From sequence record KY271397.1: DNA of 35,100 bases; one strand, written 5' to 3'. This document shows, piece after piece, positions 1 through 8,438 of the stretch. Source of the stretch: Klebsiella phage 3LV2017. Position 1 is the stretch's first letter, and each line of letters begins with the position of its first letter. A program made the position numbers and the translations under genes. A model generated the notes under the pieces. That model made no database searches. It was given only the letters and a program-made list of their open reading frames with translations, and was not told the DNA's origin.

Positions 1-24
1 GTGATCAACGAGGCGGCGAAATAA
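1..24 (+). CDS. 3' end of a host chromosomal gene (partial; reads ...VINEAAK then TAA at 22-24), followed by its terminator hairpin
   Basis: Open frame runs to the window edge and ends at TAA 22-24. A hairpin follows immediately. The same hairpin with a T7 run is found at 35059-35085, outside the prophage. Confidence 0.3.
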   Translation: MINEAAK

Positions 25-28
25 CGAA

Positions 29-51
29 AAAAACCCGGAGCACTCCGGGTT
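29..51. repeat. attL: left copy of the prophage-flanking direct repeat (core AAACCCGGAGCACTCCGGGTT)
   Basis: The 21-nt string at 31-51 recurs exactly at 35059-35079. Identity extends imperfectly 2 nt upstream. The integrase gene lies directly beside it, as at P2 attL. Confidence 0.6.
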
Positions 52-120
52 GTTGTCCCCATGAACTACTTGGTAATTATTAATAGATCATGGGGTTAGC
101 TGATTGCAGGGGTATCAGCG

Positions 121-1128
121 TTAACCGCTATTCACCATTTTAGTGGATGGAATGTGGATGCCATTACTAAGCGGATTCAGGTGAATTGCGTCGCTAAGGT
201 GGTCGGGTGAAAAATGCGCATATGTCATAGTCTGCTCAATTTTCGAATGTCCCAATATTTTATTTAACGTCAAGATATTCCCCCCATTGATCATGAAGTG
301 CGCTGCAAAGGTATGACGCAAAACATGCGTAGCCTGGCCCTTGGGTAGATCTGGCTTTACCTCCTTTAGTACCTTGCGATATTCGACATAGTCAACGTCG
401 AAGAGTCTGCCGGTGGTTTTGGTTTTGACGTATTTCATGACCTCATCAGAAATGGGGACGGTGCGCGCCTTCCCGTTTTTGGTTTTGGTAAACGTCACTT
501 TTCCATGCATCATGTTCTGAGCCAGCATAAGCAGCGATTCCCCCCAGCGGCCGCCGGTGCTTAAACACAGAACAGTGAGGCGCCGGGCGTCACCACTTAA
601 AGCTGAAAGCAGCCTTTCAATCTCTTCAGTACTCAGATAGGACATTTCGGGCCTTTCCTGCTTGAGATCTGTGATCCCTTTTAGTGGGTTCTCTGCGTGG
701 AGATCTTCCGCTTCAGTCAATACACGGAATAGGCCTCGTAACGTACTCAAGTCGCGGTTAACAGTGGAAGCCTTAACCCCTTCATAAAGGCGCTGGCTTC
801 TGTACTCAGCAATAAACCCCTTATTGATTTTTGAAAGGCGAGGGTTGCCCATATCACTAATTACCCGCTTAAGTTCGCGCTGGCGCTTCTCACCGTACTT
901 ATGGCTTCGGCCGTGCAGCTCCCACCATCTATCAAGCAGCTCACTTAGCCGCCTGTGATCGGTTGGTTTATCCAGCCAGTCTTTGTCATGCATATTGCTG
1001 ATGACATATTTTTCAAAAGCAACAGCATCAGCTTTCTTTTTAAAAATCCGCTGTATACGACGTCCTGTCGCTCCACGCGGTCTAATATCCACTTTATAGC
1101 GTCCACCATCGAGCAGCTTAACGGTCAT
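121..1128 (-). CDS. int: P2-type tyrosine integrase (335 aa from the first ATG; the ORF track begins at an upstream GTG)
   Basis: N-terminus MTVKLLDGGRYKVDIRP parallels P2 Int MAIKKLDDGRYEVDIRP. The C-terminal catalytic region HxLRHT...GHxxxxxTxxYAH is conserved. SD GAGGTG lies 7 nt upstream of ATG 1128. Confidence 0.9.
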   Translation of the reverse strand: MTVKLLDGGRYKVDIRPRGATGRRIQRIFKKKADAVAFEKYVISNMHDKDWLDKPTDHRRLSELLDRWWELHGRSHKYGEKRQRELKRVISDMGNPRLSKINKGFIAEYRSQRLYEGVKASTVNRDLSTLRGLFRVLTEAEDLHAENPLKGITDLKQERPEMSYLSTEEIERLLSALSGDARRLTVLCLSTGGRWGESLLMLAQNMMHGKVTFTKTKNGKARTVPISDEVMKYVKTKTTGRLFDVDYVEYRKVLKEVKPDLPKGQATHVLRHTFAAHFMINGGNILTLNKILGHSKIEQTMTYAHFSPDHLSDAIHLNPLSNGIHIPSTKMVNSG

Positions 1129-1215
1129 AGCTGTCACCTCTGGTAAACACGTGATCTTGTGTCACGTAACAGATAGTTACGCGATGATTTTCATAGAGAT
1201 AAGCAAGAAAGATGC

Positions 1216-1518
1216 TCAGCCAATTTTCTGGTCTGAGGACTGAGACGTTGTTTCGTCTTGCCCAAAGTGTGCGAGAGCCGGCGCGATCTGACCGGATTCA
1301 GGGGCGATCTTTCCGGTCATGAACCACAGGGCATACTTTTCAAATCTCGGGGTATTTAAAATTTTCATCATTACGTCGCCTTTTGGTATTGATTCCCCAG
1401 TCTCATAACGCCAAAGCGCATTGTGAGGAATTCCAATAATTTCAGCAGCTTCGTTGCGGCTGGTAATGCGCTCGCTTTCCCTCATGAGCTTGAGGCGTTC
1501 ACTAATTGGCAAATTCAT
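1216..1518 (-). CDS. C: Immunity repressor C (100 aa from the first ATG; track start 1545 is TTG)
   Basis: Near-identical in its C-terminal half to the P2 C repressor as I recall it (WFMTGKIAPESGQIAPALAHFGQDETTS vs P2 WFMTNQIAPESGQIAPALAHFGQNETTS). It is divergent from cox. Confidence 0.85.
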   Translation of the reverse strand: MNLPISERLKLMRESERITSRNEAAEIIGIPHNALWRYETGESIPKGDVMMKILNTPRFEKYALWFMTGKIAPESGQIAPALAHFGQDETTSQSSDQKIG

Positions 1519-1612
1519 ATTGCGTTTTCCAAATGTATGATCCAAAATTCAAATGCAGATACCGTTTCAGGGGTAAAAAAAGCAGTAATACCCCAAACAT
1601 GGAGATTATCAC
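1519..1612. promoter_or_regulatory. C/cox intergenic region: expected divergent early promoters Pe/Pc and repressor operators; CAAATG recurs 20 bp apart (1530-1535, 1550-1555)
   Basis: Position is analogous to the P2 transcriptional switch. The direct-repeat spacing of about two helical turns resembles the P2 O1/O2 arrangement. Exact -10/-35 elements were not resolved. Confidence 0.35.
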
Positions 1613-1945
1613 ATGAAAGATGCAGTTTTGAGCGCGCTGTTTAAGATTCCAGATCCGATCACCGCTGATGAGTTTTCTCGTCGAACCGGCAAAACGGAGT
1701 CAGCCGTTCGTCACATGATGGATCGCCGCCTTTTACCTATGGTCACTGAGCGCGAAGTACTTGGCCCTGATGGCAGTACTCGCCGCCTCCTGATTCTGTG
1801 GAACGAATGGCTTGAGATGGTTCATGAAGCTACGTCAAAACTCCCCCCTGAGCGACAGGACTGGCGAGCAGGTTGGATCAAGAAAGCCAATAAGCTGGCG
1901 AATGATATGGGCGTAAACATGTTTGGTGGCGGGGCGGCAGCATGA
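1613..1945 (+). CDS. cox: Cox-like excisionase / early regulator (110 aa)
   Basis: First gene of the rightward early operon opposite C. It is small and basic. SD GGAG lies 8 nt upstream. Position and size match P2 cox, with weak motif resemblance (LPMV, LILWNEW). Confidence 0.65.
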   Translation: MKDAVLSALFKIPDPITADEFSRRTGKTESAVRHMMDRRLLPMVTEREVLGPDGSTRRLLILWNEWLEMVHEATSKLPPERQDWRAGWIKKANKLANDMGVNMFGGGAAA

Positions 1946-2058
1946 ATCGTTATTTGAAAGAAAGAATAGCAATGGGCGTCATAGGAATTAGCATCGCATG
2001 CATTAGTGCGATTGCATTCGCGGTAACCCTAAAACTTATCGACGTGTTTATTTATTAA
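1942..2058 (+). CDS. Small single-TM membrane protein (38 aa, MNRYLKERIAMGVIGISIACISAIAFAVTLKLIDVFIY)
   Basis: ATGA overlap with the cox stop and a hydrophobic core. It is analogous in position to the small P2 orf following cox. It is below the ORF-track length cut-off. Confidence 0.35.
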   Translation: MNRYLKERIAMGVIGISIACISAIAFAVTLKLIDVFIY

Positions 2059-2070
2059 GGACGATCGGTA

Positions 2071-2334
2071 ATGAATAAACGCTACTCACAGCATGGCAAG
2101 CACTCGGGGAGCATTTGCAGCACGCTACTTGATAACTTGCCGAAAGTTACATGGATTAATAAGCATGCTGGAATCTGTTGCGGCTTCACCATCCGCGTAT
2201 TACCGCGCAGGGTAGGGAAGAAGCGCTATCAAATTATGAAAGATGGTGATTCTTTCGGAATTGATTTTGCGTTATCTGAAGCACGCAAAACGATAGGTCG
2301 CATTATTAATAACAACCGCTTCACTATTCATTAA
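2071..2334 (+). CDS. Hypothetical early protein, 87 aa, AT-richer than its surroundings
   Basis: Open frame with ATG at 2071 and an AAGGA upstream. It looks AT-richer by eye. The motif LPRRVGKKRY...FGIDFALSEARK is faintly reminiscent of integrase Arm-type DNA-binding domains. Confidence 0.5.
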   Translation: MNKRYSQHGKHSGSICSTLLDNLPKVTWINKHAGICCGFTIRVLPRRVGKKRYQIMKDGDSFGIDFALSEARKTIGRIINNNRFTIH

Positions 2335-2350
2335 TTAGCCGAGGCAGAAA

Positions 2351-2737
2351 ATGAAAAGAGAATACGCAGACAAAATTAATTCGCTGCTGCAATGCTTCCA
2401 TTTCAACAAGGAGTTTCTGGAATGGAACCATGATTATTCCCATCAACTTTTACGCCACGGCGTATCCCACCTTTATCACTTCGCGATGCTCCAGGGCGAG
2501 AACGATGAGGCCACGCTGGAAGAACTGCGTAACATCATCATTTTGATCACTAATGGCGATATCCCGAAGCCATACGACCTGTCATCTATGGATGCTGAGC
2601 AACCGGAAGCAGCAAGCAAGACAGTGATGTTTTTTAAGCCGCTGGCGGTAACAGTGGAAGTTACACCAGAGATGCTTCAGCAACTGAAACAGTCGGCCAC
2701 GGTGTCAGCGCAGATGAAGCGCCCACGCCTCTATTAA
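2351..2737 (+). CDS. Hypothetical early-operon protein, 128 aa
   Basis: Clean ORF with SD GAGGCAG. It is tightly packed in the early operon. Confidence 0.6.
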   Translation: MKREYADKINSLLQCFHFNKEFLEWNHDYSHQLLRHGVSHLYHFAMLQGENDEATLEELRNIIILITNGDIPKPYDLSSMDAEQPEAASKTVMFFKPLAVTVEVTPEMLQQLKQSATVSAQMKRPRLY

Positions 2738-2752
2738 TCATTGGAGTCCGCC

Positions 2753-3025
2753 ATGTTTACCGAAGAGAAAACATCGTGGGAACGTGAAATGCTGATACGC
2801 GAAGCGGTGGAAAGCGCAGAGCAGGGCTTCACCGTTCACCTGAAGAACGGCGCTCGCGTCAATGTCACCGCTGACAGCCCGTCGATAGACTTAATTATTT
2901 ACGGTCTGGAGAAAACAATTCGCGGTAATCATGAGCGTGCGCGAATGACGTTTATCGACTTTTTGTATTACTGGCACGAAAGGTTATTTAAACAGGTTAA
3001 AAGAAAACCGCGCCCTAACCACTAA
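2753..3025 (+). CDS. Hypothetical early-operon protein, 90 aa from the first ATG (track start 2741 is TTG)
   Basis: GGAG lies 8 nt upstream of ATG 2753. There is a 4-nt gap after the previous gene. Confidence 0.55.
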   Translation: MFTEEKTSWEREMLIREAVESAEQGFTVHLKNGARVNVTADSPSIDLIIYGLEKTIRGNHERARMTFIDFLYYWHERLFKQVKRKPRPNH

Positions 3026-3093
3026 TTAACCAGCGTTAAAAATAACGGCATTCATTTTGCCGGGGCTTCGTTTTGCCTTTTTCAGGAGGTCGC

Positions 3094-3318
3094 ATGTCGA
3101 TTACGTCAATAAAACTGGATGGCGGAATAAGCGATCCAGAGTTTGTAGAAATAAGCGCCAACGCTCGAAAGCACGAACGCGCTCACCTTTTTGGCCTGCT
3201 GCGTATTTTTGTCGTCCAGCTGAAAAAGGAAAGCGCCACCCCGGAAGAGATTTATTCATCAATCGAACAGTGGGCCGATGCCCGCGAGTTAACCATCACT
3301 GAGGAAAGCAAACAATGA
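3094..3318 (+). CDS. Hypothetical early protein, 74 aa (MSITSIKLDGG...)
   Basis: Strong SD AGGAGG 6 nt upstream of ATG 3094. Its stop overlaps the next start (ATGA). The track ORF from 3073 is an upstream extension of the same frame. Confidence 0.6.
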   Translation: MSITSIKLDGGISDPEFVEISANARKHERAHLFGLLRIFVVQLKKESATPEEIYSSIEQWADARELTITEESKQ

Positions 3319-3893
3319 ACCACTTAATGATCGACATTGAAACGCTCAGCACCCAGCCGAATGCGGTAATTTGCGCGATTGGCGCGACCTTCTTCGAACC
3401 GTCAACCGGAAAAATCGGCCCTTCGTTCTATCAAACCATTGATCCGCGAACCTCGCAGAATCGCGGCGCGCATATCTCCGCCGACACGGTGATGTGGTGG
3501 CTCAGGCAGGATAAAGAACCAATCAGCGAGCTGGTAGGCGCGAAGTCGCATGAAATTGAGGTGATGCTGGATTTCGCCAAATTCATTGAAGGCGCATTCC
3601 CTGAAACCAAGAAAAAGAATCTGAAGGTGTGGTGCAAGGGCGGTTCGTTTGATTTCCCGATCCTCAAATCTGCATTTGAACGCTCATCGCTCGAAGGCGT
3701 TTCCATGCTGCCGTGGCTTTATTGGAATGAATGCTGCTTCCGCTCGCTGCTTACAGTGGCCGGAGCTATCGGTTACGCCCCCCATCCGCGCCGCTCAGTT
3801 GCACACAACGCCTTAACCGACGCCATCTATCAGGCCGAGCAGGTTTGCGAGATCTGGCAGCGCCTGACCTCCCCGCACCTCGAATCATTGTGA
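3315..3893 (+). CDS. DnaQ/DEDDh-type 3'-5' exonuclease (192 aa)
   Basis: Exo I motif DIETLS at the N-terminus and Exo III motif HNALTDA near the C-terminus, giving the DEDDh signature. Confidence 0.8.
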   Translation: MNHLMIDIETLSTQPNAVICAIGATFFEPSTGKIGPSFYQTIDPRTSQNRGAHISADTVMWWLRQDKEPISELVGAKSHEIEVMLDFAKFIEGAFPETKKKNLKVWCKGGSFDFPILKSAFERSSLEGVSMLPWLYWNECCFRSLLTVAGAIGYAPHPRRSVAHNALTDAIYQAEQVCEIWQRLTSPHLESL

Positions 3894-3901
3894 GGCGCGC
3901 A

Positions 3902-4870
3902 ATGACTAAATCACCTATCAAATGGGCTGGCGGCAAAACCCGCGTCATGCCGCAGCTGCTGATGCAACTGCCGAAAGCCGATTGTTTAATCGAGCCGTTC
4001 GTTGGCAGCGGTACCGTGTTTATGAACACGGAATACCGCCGTTACATCCTCTGCGATAGCAATCGCGCTCTGATCAATTTCTTTCGTGTGCTGACTTCCA
4101 ACACCGAGCGACTGATTGATACCGCTTGCGGAATGTTCCTGGATGGCAATAACGAAGAGCAATATTACAAGCGCCGTGCGCTATTTAACTCCATGCAGTG
4201 GAGCGATACGGGCAAGGCTGATACTGCTTTACTTTATGCCGCTTTGTTTCTGTATCTGAACCGACATTGCTTTAACGGGATATATCGCGTCAATCAGATG
4301 GGTGATCATAACGTCCCGTTCGGGAAATATGGCGCACCTTACTTACCGGCTGACGAGATGCGCCGCTTTGCCGAAAAGGCCAACGACACAAAAGCCGTTT
4401 TCATTGATGGCGATTTTCGTCACACCATCCCTTACGTTATGCAGCTGGCATATGACGCGGTTATTTACTGCGACCCCCCCTACATTCCAGCCAGCAAGAC
4501 AGCCAACTTCACTGCCTACGGCAAGCCATTTACCCTGGACGATCACCGCGACCTGGTTGCAACCCTGCTCGATGCTCATCGCCAGCACGGCACCCGCGCG
4601 GTGATATCCAACAGCGACACCCCGGAAACCCGCGAGATCTACTCCGCTTTCAATCTCCACGCCTTCAGCGTTCGCCGCTCTGTCAGCGCCAAAAGCCGCG
4701 ATATGGCCGGTGAAGTGATCGGCGTTCTTCGCGGCGATGTGGGTCGCAACTCTGGCGCATGTGGAGCTTGGACGAGCACCATTGAAAATCTGCGGCCGGC
4801 GGCGATATGGATCGGGTTTGACCTGGCCGCCGGATTCGATAACGGGGAGCCATCTGATGAACACGCTTGA
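3902..4870 (+). CDS. dam: Dam-type DNA N6-adenine methyltransferase (322 aa; true start ATG 3902, not the track's 3731)
   Basis: N-terminal SAM motif KWAGGK...EPFVGSGTVF and catalytic DPPY (CDPPYIP) are present. SD GAGGCG lies upstream. The track ORF is an artefactual upstream extension overlapping the exonuclease. Confidence 0.85.
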   Translation: MTKSPIKWAGGKTRVMPQLLMQLPKADCLIEPFVGSGTVFMNTEYRRYILCDSNRALINFFRVLTSNTERLIDTACGMFLDGNNEEQYYKRRALFNSMQWSDTGKADTALLYAALFLYLNRHCFNGIYRVNQMGDHNVPFGKYGAPYLPADEMRRFAEKANDTKAVFIDGDFRHTIPYVMQLAYDAVIYCDPPYIPASKTANFTAYGKPFTLDDHRDLVATLLDAHRQHGTRAVISNSDTPETREIYSAFNLHAFSVRRSVSAKSRDMAGEVIGVLRGDVGRNSGACGAWTSTIENLRPAAIWIGFDLAAGFDNGEPSDEHA

Positions 4871-5030
4871 TGCCGTTGTGACACGAGTTTTGGACGTTCG
4901 TCCATATCGCCATTTCTGGATCGTCGAGGTGGAGGTGTTGAGCTGGGGCAGATACAGCAACACAACCATCATCCGCGATAGCGAAAAAGAAGCCCGCCAG
5001 GTTCAACCCGGCGACACGGTAACGATCTGA
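4857..5030 (+). CDS. Hypothetical small protein, 57 aa (MNTLDAVVTRVLDV...)
   Basis: ATG overlaps the dam 3' end and GGGGAG lies upstream. The track ORF 4737-5030 is the same frame extended. Confidence 0.45.
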   Translation: MNTLDAVVTRVLDVRPYRHFWIVEVEVLSWGRYSNTTIIRDSEKEARQVQPGDTVTI

Positions 5031-5040
5031 GGATCCGCAA

Positions 5041-5193
5041 ATGAACGAAGAAACCAATTACCGCCGGTTCTGGCGAAACCTTGTGATCTGCTGTGCGCTT
5101 TGCTCGCTGTTGTTCTGGATCCCGATGGGCTATCTCGCCTTTCGTGTTGGCTCTGTGGTCTGGGATGCGCTGTGGTCTCTTATAAAAATGTAG
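5041..5193 (+). CDS. Small membrane protein, 50 aa (MNEETNYRRFWRNLVICCALCSLLFWIPMGYLAFRVGSVVWDALWSLIKM)
   Basis: SD GAGGA lies 8 nt upstream. One clear TM segment. It is below the ORF-track cut-off. Confidence 0.4.
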   Translation: MNEETNYRRFWRNLVICCALCSLLFWIPMGYLAFRVGSVVWDALWSLIKM

Positions 5194-5216
5194 TGAAATC
5201 AAAGGAGAAAACTAAA

Positions 5217-5378
5217 TGGCTTTGTACGAAGAGAAGTATCAACTCAAAGGAAATGAGCTAATGAATCGGCTGCTGGAACAGGTTGATGCATGGAAATATG
5301 TCAATAAATACAAGTCAAAAAAGCAACAAAAGGCGGCATTTTGCCGCCAGAGCTTATTGCTTGAAAACGAACAATGAA
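5217..5378 (+). CDS. Small basic protein, 53 aa (MALYEEKYQLKGNELMNRLLEQVDAWKYVNKYKSKKQQKAAFCRQSLLLENEQ)
   Basis: Strong SD AAAGGAGAAAA 7 nt upstream of ATG 5217. It looks AT-rich. Confidence 0.4.
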
Positions 5379-5629
5379 TCGTATTTTCCAGGATTAAGGT
5401 TATCTGCATGAAGATCAGTCAGCCCAAGCTTAGCAATGCCTTGAACGAGAGCCAGGTATGCGCCAAGACCATCAACAGTAATGACGCGGTAAATATCACC
5501 AGCTTCATTTTGAATCGCTGTCAGCATCGGCATGCCACCAAGTTCAGCATCCTTCGCTTTGCGGACTACTTCGGAGATTTTCTCATCAATGGAGGACTTC
5601 ACTTTTCCTTCTACATATTTATCTTTCAT
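5354..5629 (-). CDS. Hypothetical 91-aa protein transcribed antisense to the early operon (MKDKYVEGKVKSSIDEKISEVVRKAKDAELGG...)
   Basis: Internal ATG at 5629 with AAGGG SD. A candidate promoter TTGCCC-N17/18-TAGTAT lies on the minus strand at about 5650-5690. The track's longer 125-aa version lacks an RBS. Confidence 0.55.
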   Translation of the reverse strand: MKDKYVEGKVKSSIDEKISEVVRKAKDAELGGMPMLTAIQNEAGDIYRVITVDGLGAYLALVQGIAKLGLTDLHADNLNPGKYDSLFVFKQ

Positions 5630-5729
5630 TTTTATCCCTTTTTTGCTGTATGCGTTGGCAATACTAACCATCTGCTGCGTTTGAGGGCAAGAAAGTTTGC
5701 CGCACATGGCGAGCCAGAAAAGGCAGATC

Positions 5730-8336
5730 ATGTCTGACTATTCCTCCTTAGTTTGGGAATGGAACGCCAAACGGCAGGCTATCAACCCCAACCACGTCTC
5801 AGATCCTCAAATTGAGTATCTCACCCCGAAAGGCGAGCGGAAGACGCTCGCCTATGCGGATTTGGTCGATACCGTTTATCGCACCCCCATGCGCCCGCGC
5901 GAAGGTGCCGCGCGTGAAGCATTCGACCGCAAGGGACGCGCCCACTACCTGCGCCGCCGGGTTCAGACTCTACCGGCGTTTATCCGCAAGCGGTTCTCTC
6001 TGCGCCTGGAATCGCTGGAGCGTCACGACCCAAAAGAGGCCGTGCGCTGGCTGTTCAGTACGTTTGAACGCCATGTCTTACGCCGTGTCGATGCGGTAAA
6101 CGCACAATACCTACCGCAGGACGCGCTCCCGGCGATCCTTGCGCCCCTCCGTGATGATTTTCACCTGCTGCCTTGGGCGGACAAAAAACGCCTGAAACGA
6201 CTGGCTTATAAGTTCGCCAACCTGATGAAAAGTGAGTTTATGCGCGAGTTTGATTTTCAGTATGAGAAAACCGCTGATGTTGAGTTTTCCACGCTTTACG
6301 CATACGGATTTATCGCCAGTAAAGCGACAGCGCTCAATATCGCGATCCCTGGCTGGAGCCGGTATTGCGAAGAGAAGCTGGAGGCCGAAGAGGCGCTGCG
6401 TGCCGTTGCGCGCCTTCAGTCAGAAAAGTGGTGGTTAGGTAAAATCCGCCGGATCCATGACTGCTGGCGCGAGCACCTCATGATCGCCGCTGGCTATGTC
6501 AGTAAGGTAGCCTCGCCGTATTGTTCTGATCCGTGCTTCAAAGAGTGGATAGCCCAGAAAAAAGCGAATTTTGAATACCTTCAGGCGATGGAACTGGAAG
6601 ACCAGGACACCGGCGAGCGTACCTCGCTGCTTGATAAGGTCATGGGGAGTACGTCCAACCCTAAAAACGCCCGCGCCGAGCTGATGGTGCGCATGCGCGG
6701 TTTTGAGGATATGGCAAAAGAAATGGGCCTGGTTGGCATGTTCTACACGCTAACAGCACCGTCTCGCTATCACTCTTCACACGTAAAATCGGGCAAGCGC
6801 AATGACAAATATCGTGATGCCAGCCCGCGACAAACGCAGAAATACTTATGCAAAGTCTGGGCGCGCGTCCGTGCAAAATGGGGCCGCGAGGGGATCCGCG
6901 CATTCGGTTTTCGCGTTGCTGAACCGCACCATGACGGAACGCCACACTGGCATCTGTTGCTGTTTCTCCGCCCGGAAGAGGTGGAGTTTGCAACGGCTGT
7001 TTTCCGCAAGCATGCACTGAAAGAGGACGGCTACGAGCCGGGCGCGCAGGAGCACCGCTTTACCGTTACACCGATTGATGAAAAATTTGGCTCGGCAACG
7101 GGCTATATCGCGAAGTACATCTCTAAAAATATTGACGGTTACGGCATGGATGGCGAGTTAGACGACGAATCCGGCCAGCCCGTCAAAGAGATGGCGAAGC
7201 GCGTGCGCGCGTGGGCGTCGCGCTGGAATATCCGCCAGTTTCAACAGATCGGCGGCGCTCCAGTGACTACATGGCGCGAACTGCGCCGGTTAGGTAATCG
7301 CGAGCTGGTTCTGCATCCTGAGATCGAGGAGGCGCGCGCAGCCGCTGACGCGTCGGACTGGCCGGGGTACAATCACGCTCAGGGCGGCCCGTTGGTGTCC
7401 CGCGACTGCCTGCGCGTTCGCATCAGTTACGAATATACCGAAGAGGGCAACGATTATGGTGACACGGTCGCCAAAATAACCGGCGTCTATTGCCCTCTCA
7501 CCATCCGTGAGTCGGTCATTTTCACCCGCACCACCGATTACAAAATTGTGCCGAAGCGCAAGCCCGCGCCGGTGGAGGTTTTGACCTTAGAAGGCCGCGC
7601 AGCGGCCCCTCGGAGTTCTGTCAATAACTGTACGGGGCGCGCCGGATCGGACGAAAAACTACCGTCAGAAACGGCGGTGTCAGCTGATAAAACCGCGCCC
7701 GACGACAGTTCAGTGACAGAACTTCCGCTGAATATCGATGTTTTGAGGCGATATTCACGCCAGCAAAGACAGGAGATAACCAGCAGGCTAAGAAAATCCG
7801 CCCGGGAAAGCTCAGATCAAGCCTTCACGCGTACCGCGCGCGGCCTGCGCACGTCGATTGATGACGAAAGCGCGCTGACATGGGGGCCAAAAGTTACCGC
7901 CGCGAAAGATATGAACCTGACGCCGGAAGAGGCAGAGCAACGCTGGCGGGAACAGCTGCGGATCGAGGCCGAGCTGCGCGCGAATAACTACGCCGCAGCA
8001 GTTGCGGAATACCAGAGGAAAAAGGCCGAGGCCGCAATGCGCCAGGAGCAGCAAAAAGAAGCATCGCAGAAGAATTCTATCCCAGAAGAGGTGATCGACA
8101 GTATCGGCGCGCAGCTGCGTAGCTGCCGGATTTTCGTCAGCGATGACGTCGTACGGTCAATCGCCGACGGCGCACGCGTTCGCCACGGCGGCGGCCTGCT
8201 CGCGGCGGACAATGGCCGGTTGCGTGAGGTGAAGGTATGGCGCGCAGGCGAGAAAGATAAACCAACTTCCGAATACATGGCAGTGCGTGACCTGGTCACG
8301 CGCTGGAAGAAAGCAGCTAAACGGAACGGCCGCTGA
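5730..8336 (+). CDS. A: Rolling-circle replication initiator gpA (868 aa from ATG 5730; in-frame ATG also at 5706)
   Basis: Conserved P2 A blocks are present: GYIAKYISKNIDGYGMDG (active-site tyrosines), VAEPHHDGTPHWHLLLF, APRSSVNNC. The C-terminus is about 100 aa longer than P2 A. Confidence 0.9.
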   Translation: MSDYSSLVWEWNAKRQAINPNHVSDPQIEYLTPKGERKTLAYADLVDTVYRTPMRPREGAAREAFDRKGRAHYLRRRVQTLPAFIRKRFSLRLESLERHDPKEAVRWLFSTFERHVLRRVDAVNAQYLPQDALPAILAPLRDDFHLLPWADKKRLKRLAYKFANLMKSEFMREFDFQYEKTADVEFSTLYAYGFIASKATALNIAIPGWSRYCEEKLEAEEALRAVARLQSEKWWLGKIRRIHDCWREHLMIAAGYVSKVASPYCSDPCFKEWIAQKKANFEYLQAMELEDQDTGERTSLLDKVMGSTSNPKNARAELMVRMRGFEDMAKEMGLVGMFYTLTAPSRYHSSHVKSGKRNDKYRDASPRQTQKYLCKVWARVRAKWGREGIRAFGFRVAEPHHDGTPHWHLLLFLRPEEVEFATAVFRKHALKEDGYEPGAQEHRFTVTPIDEKFGSATGYIAKYISKNIDGYGMDGELDDESGQPVKEMAKRVRAWASRWNIRQFQQIGGAPVTTWRELRRLGNRELVLHPEIEEARAAADASDWPGYNHAQGGPLVSRDCLRVRISYEYTEEGNDYGDTVAKITGVYCPLTIRESVIFTRTTDYKIVPKRKPAPVEVLTLEGRAAAPRSSVNNCTGRAGSDEKLPSETAVSADKTAPDDSSVTELPLNIDVLRRYSRQQRQEITSRLRKSARESSDQAFTRTARGLRTSIDDESALTWGPKVTAAKDMNLTPEEAEQRWREQLRIEAELRANNYAAAVAEYQRKKAEAAMRQEQQKEASQKNSIPEEVIDSIGAQLRSCRIFVSDDVVRSIADGARVRHGGGLLAADNGRLREVKVWRAGEKDKPTSEYMAVRDLVTRWKKAAKRNGR

Positions 8337-8438
8337 TTATTCAGGAAGGCACGGTCACTTTTGACCGTGCTGGCCATTCTATCGAGCACCGTCATTTTTA
8401 GCGGTACTGCAGAACTATTTTTTAGGAGATTGGCGAGT

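Noticed and set aside
1129-1137. ORF-track starts that extend real genes upstream with GTG/TTG (int 1137, C 1545, toxin 9905, tailspike 21896, A 5697)
   Set aside because: Each has an in-frame ATG a few codons downstream with a better-placed SD and matches the known N-terminus of the P2 homologue where I can recall it. The extensions are ORF-finder artefacts.
3731-3901. Upstream extension of the dam ORF (track start 3731, overlapping the exonuclease gene)
   Set aside because: The extension overlaps the exonuclease coding region in another frame. A good SD precedes ATG 3902 and the MTase N-terminal motif KWAGGK begins right there.
4343-5057. Three overlapping minus-strand ORFs (209, 108 and 124 aa) antisense to dam
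   Set aside because: They overlap one another in different frames inside a well-supported MTase gene and lack RBSs. GC-rich antisense frames commonly stay open.
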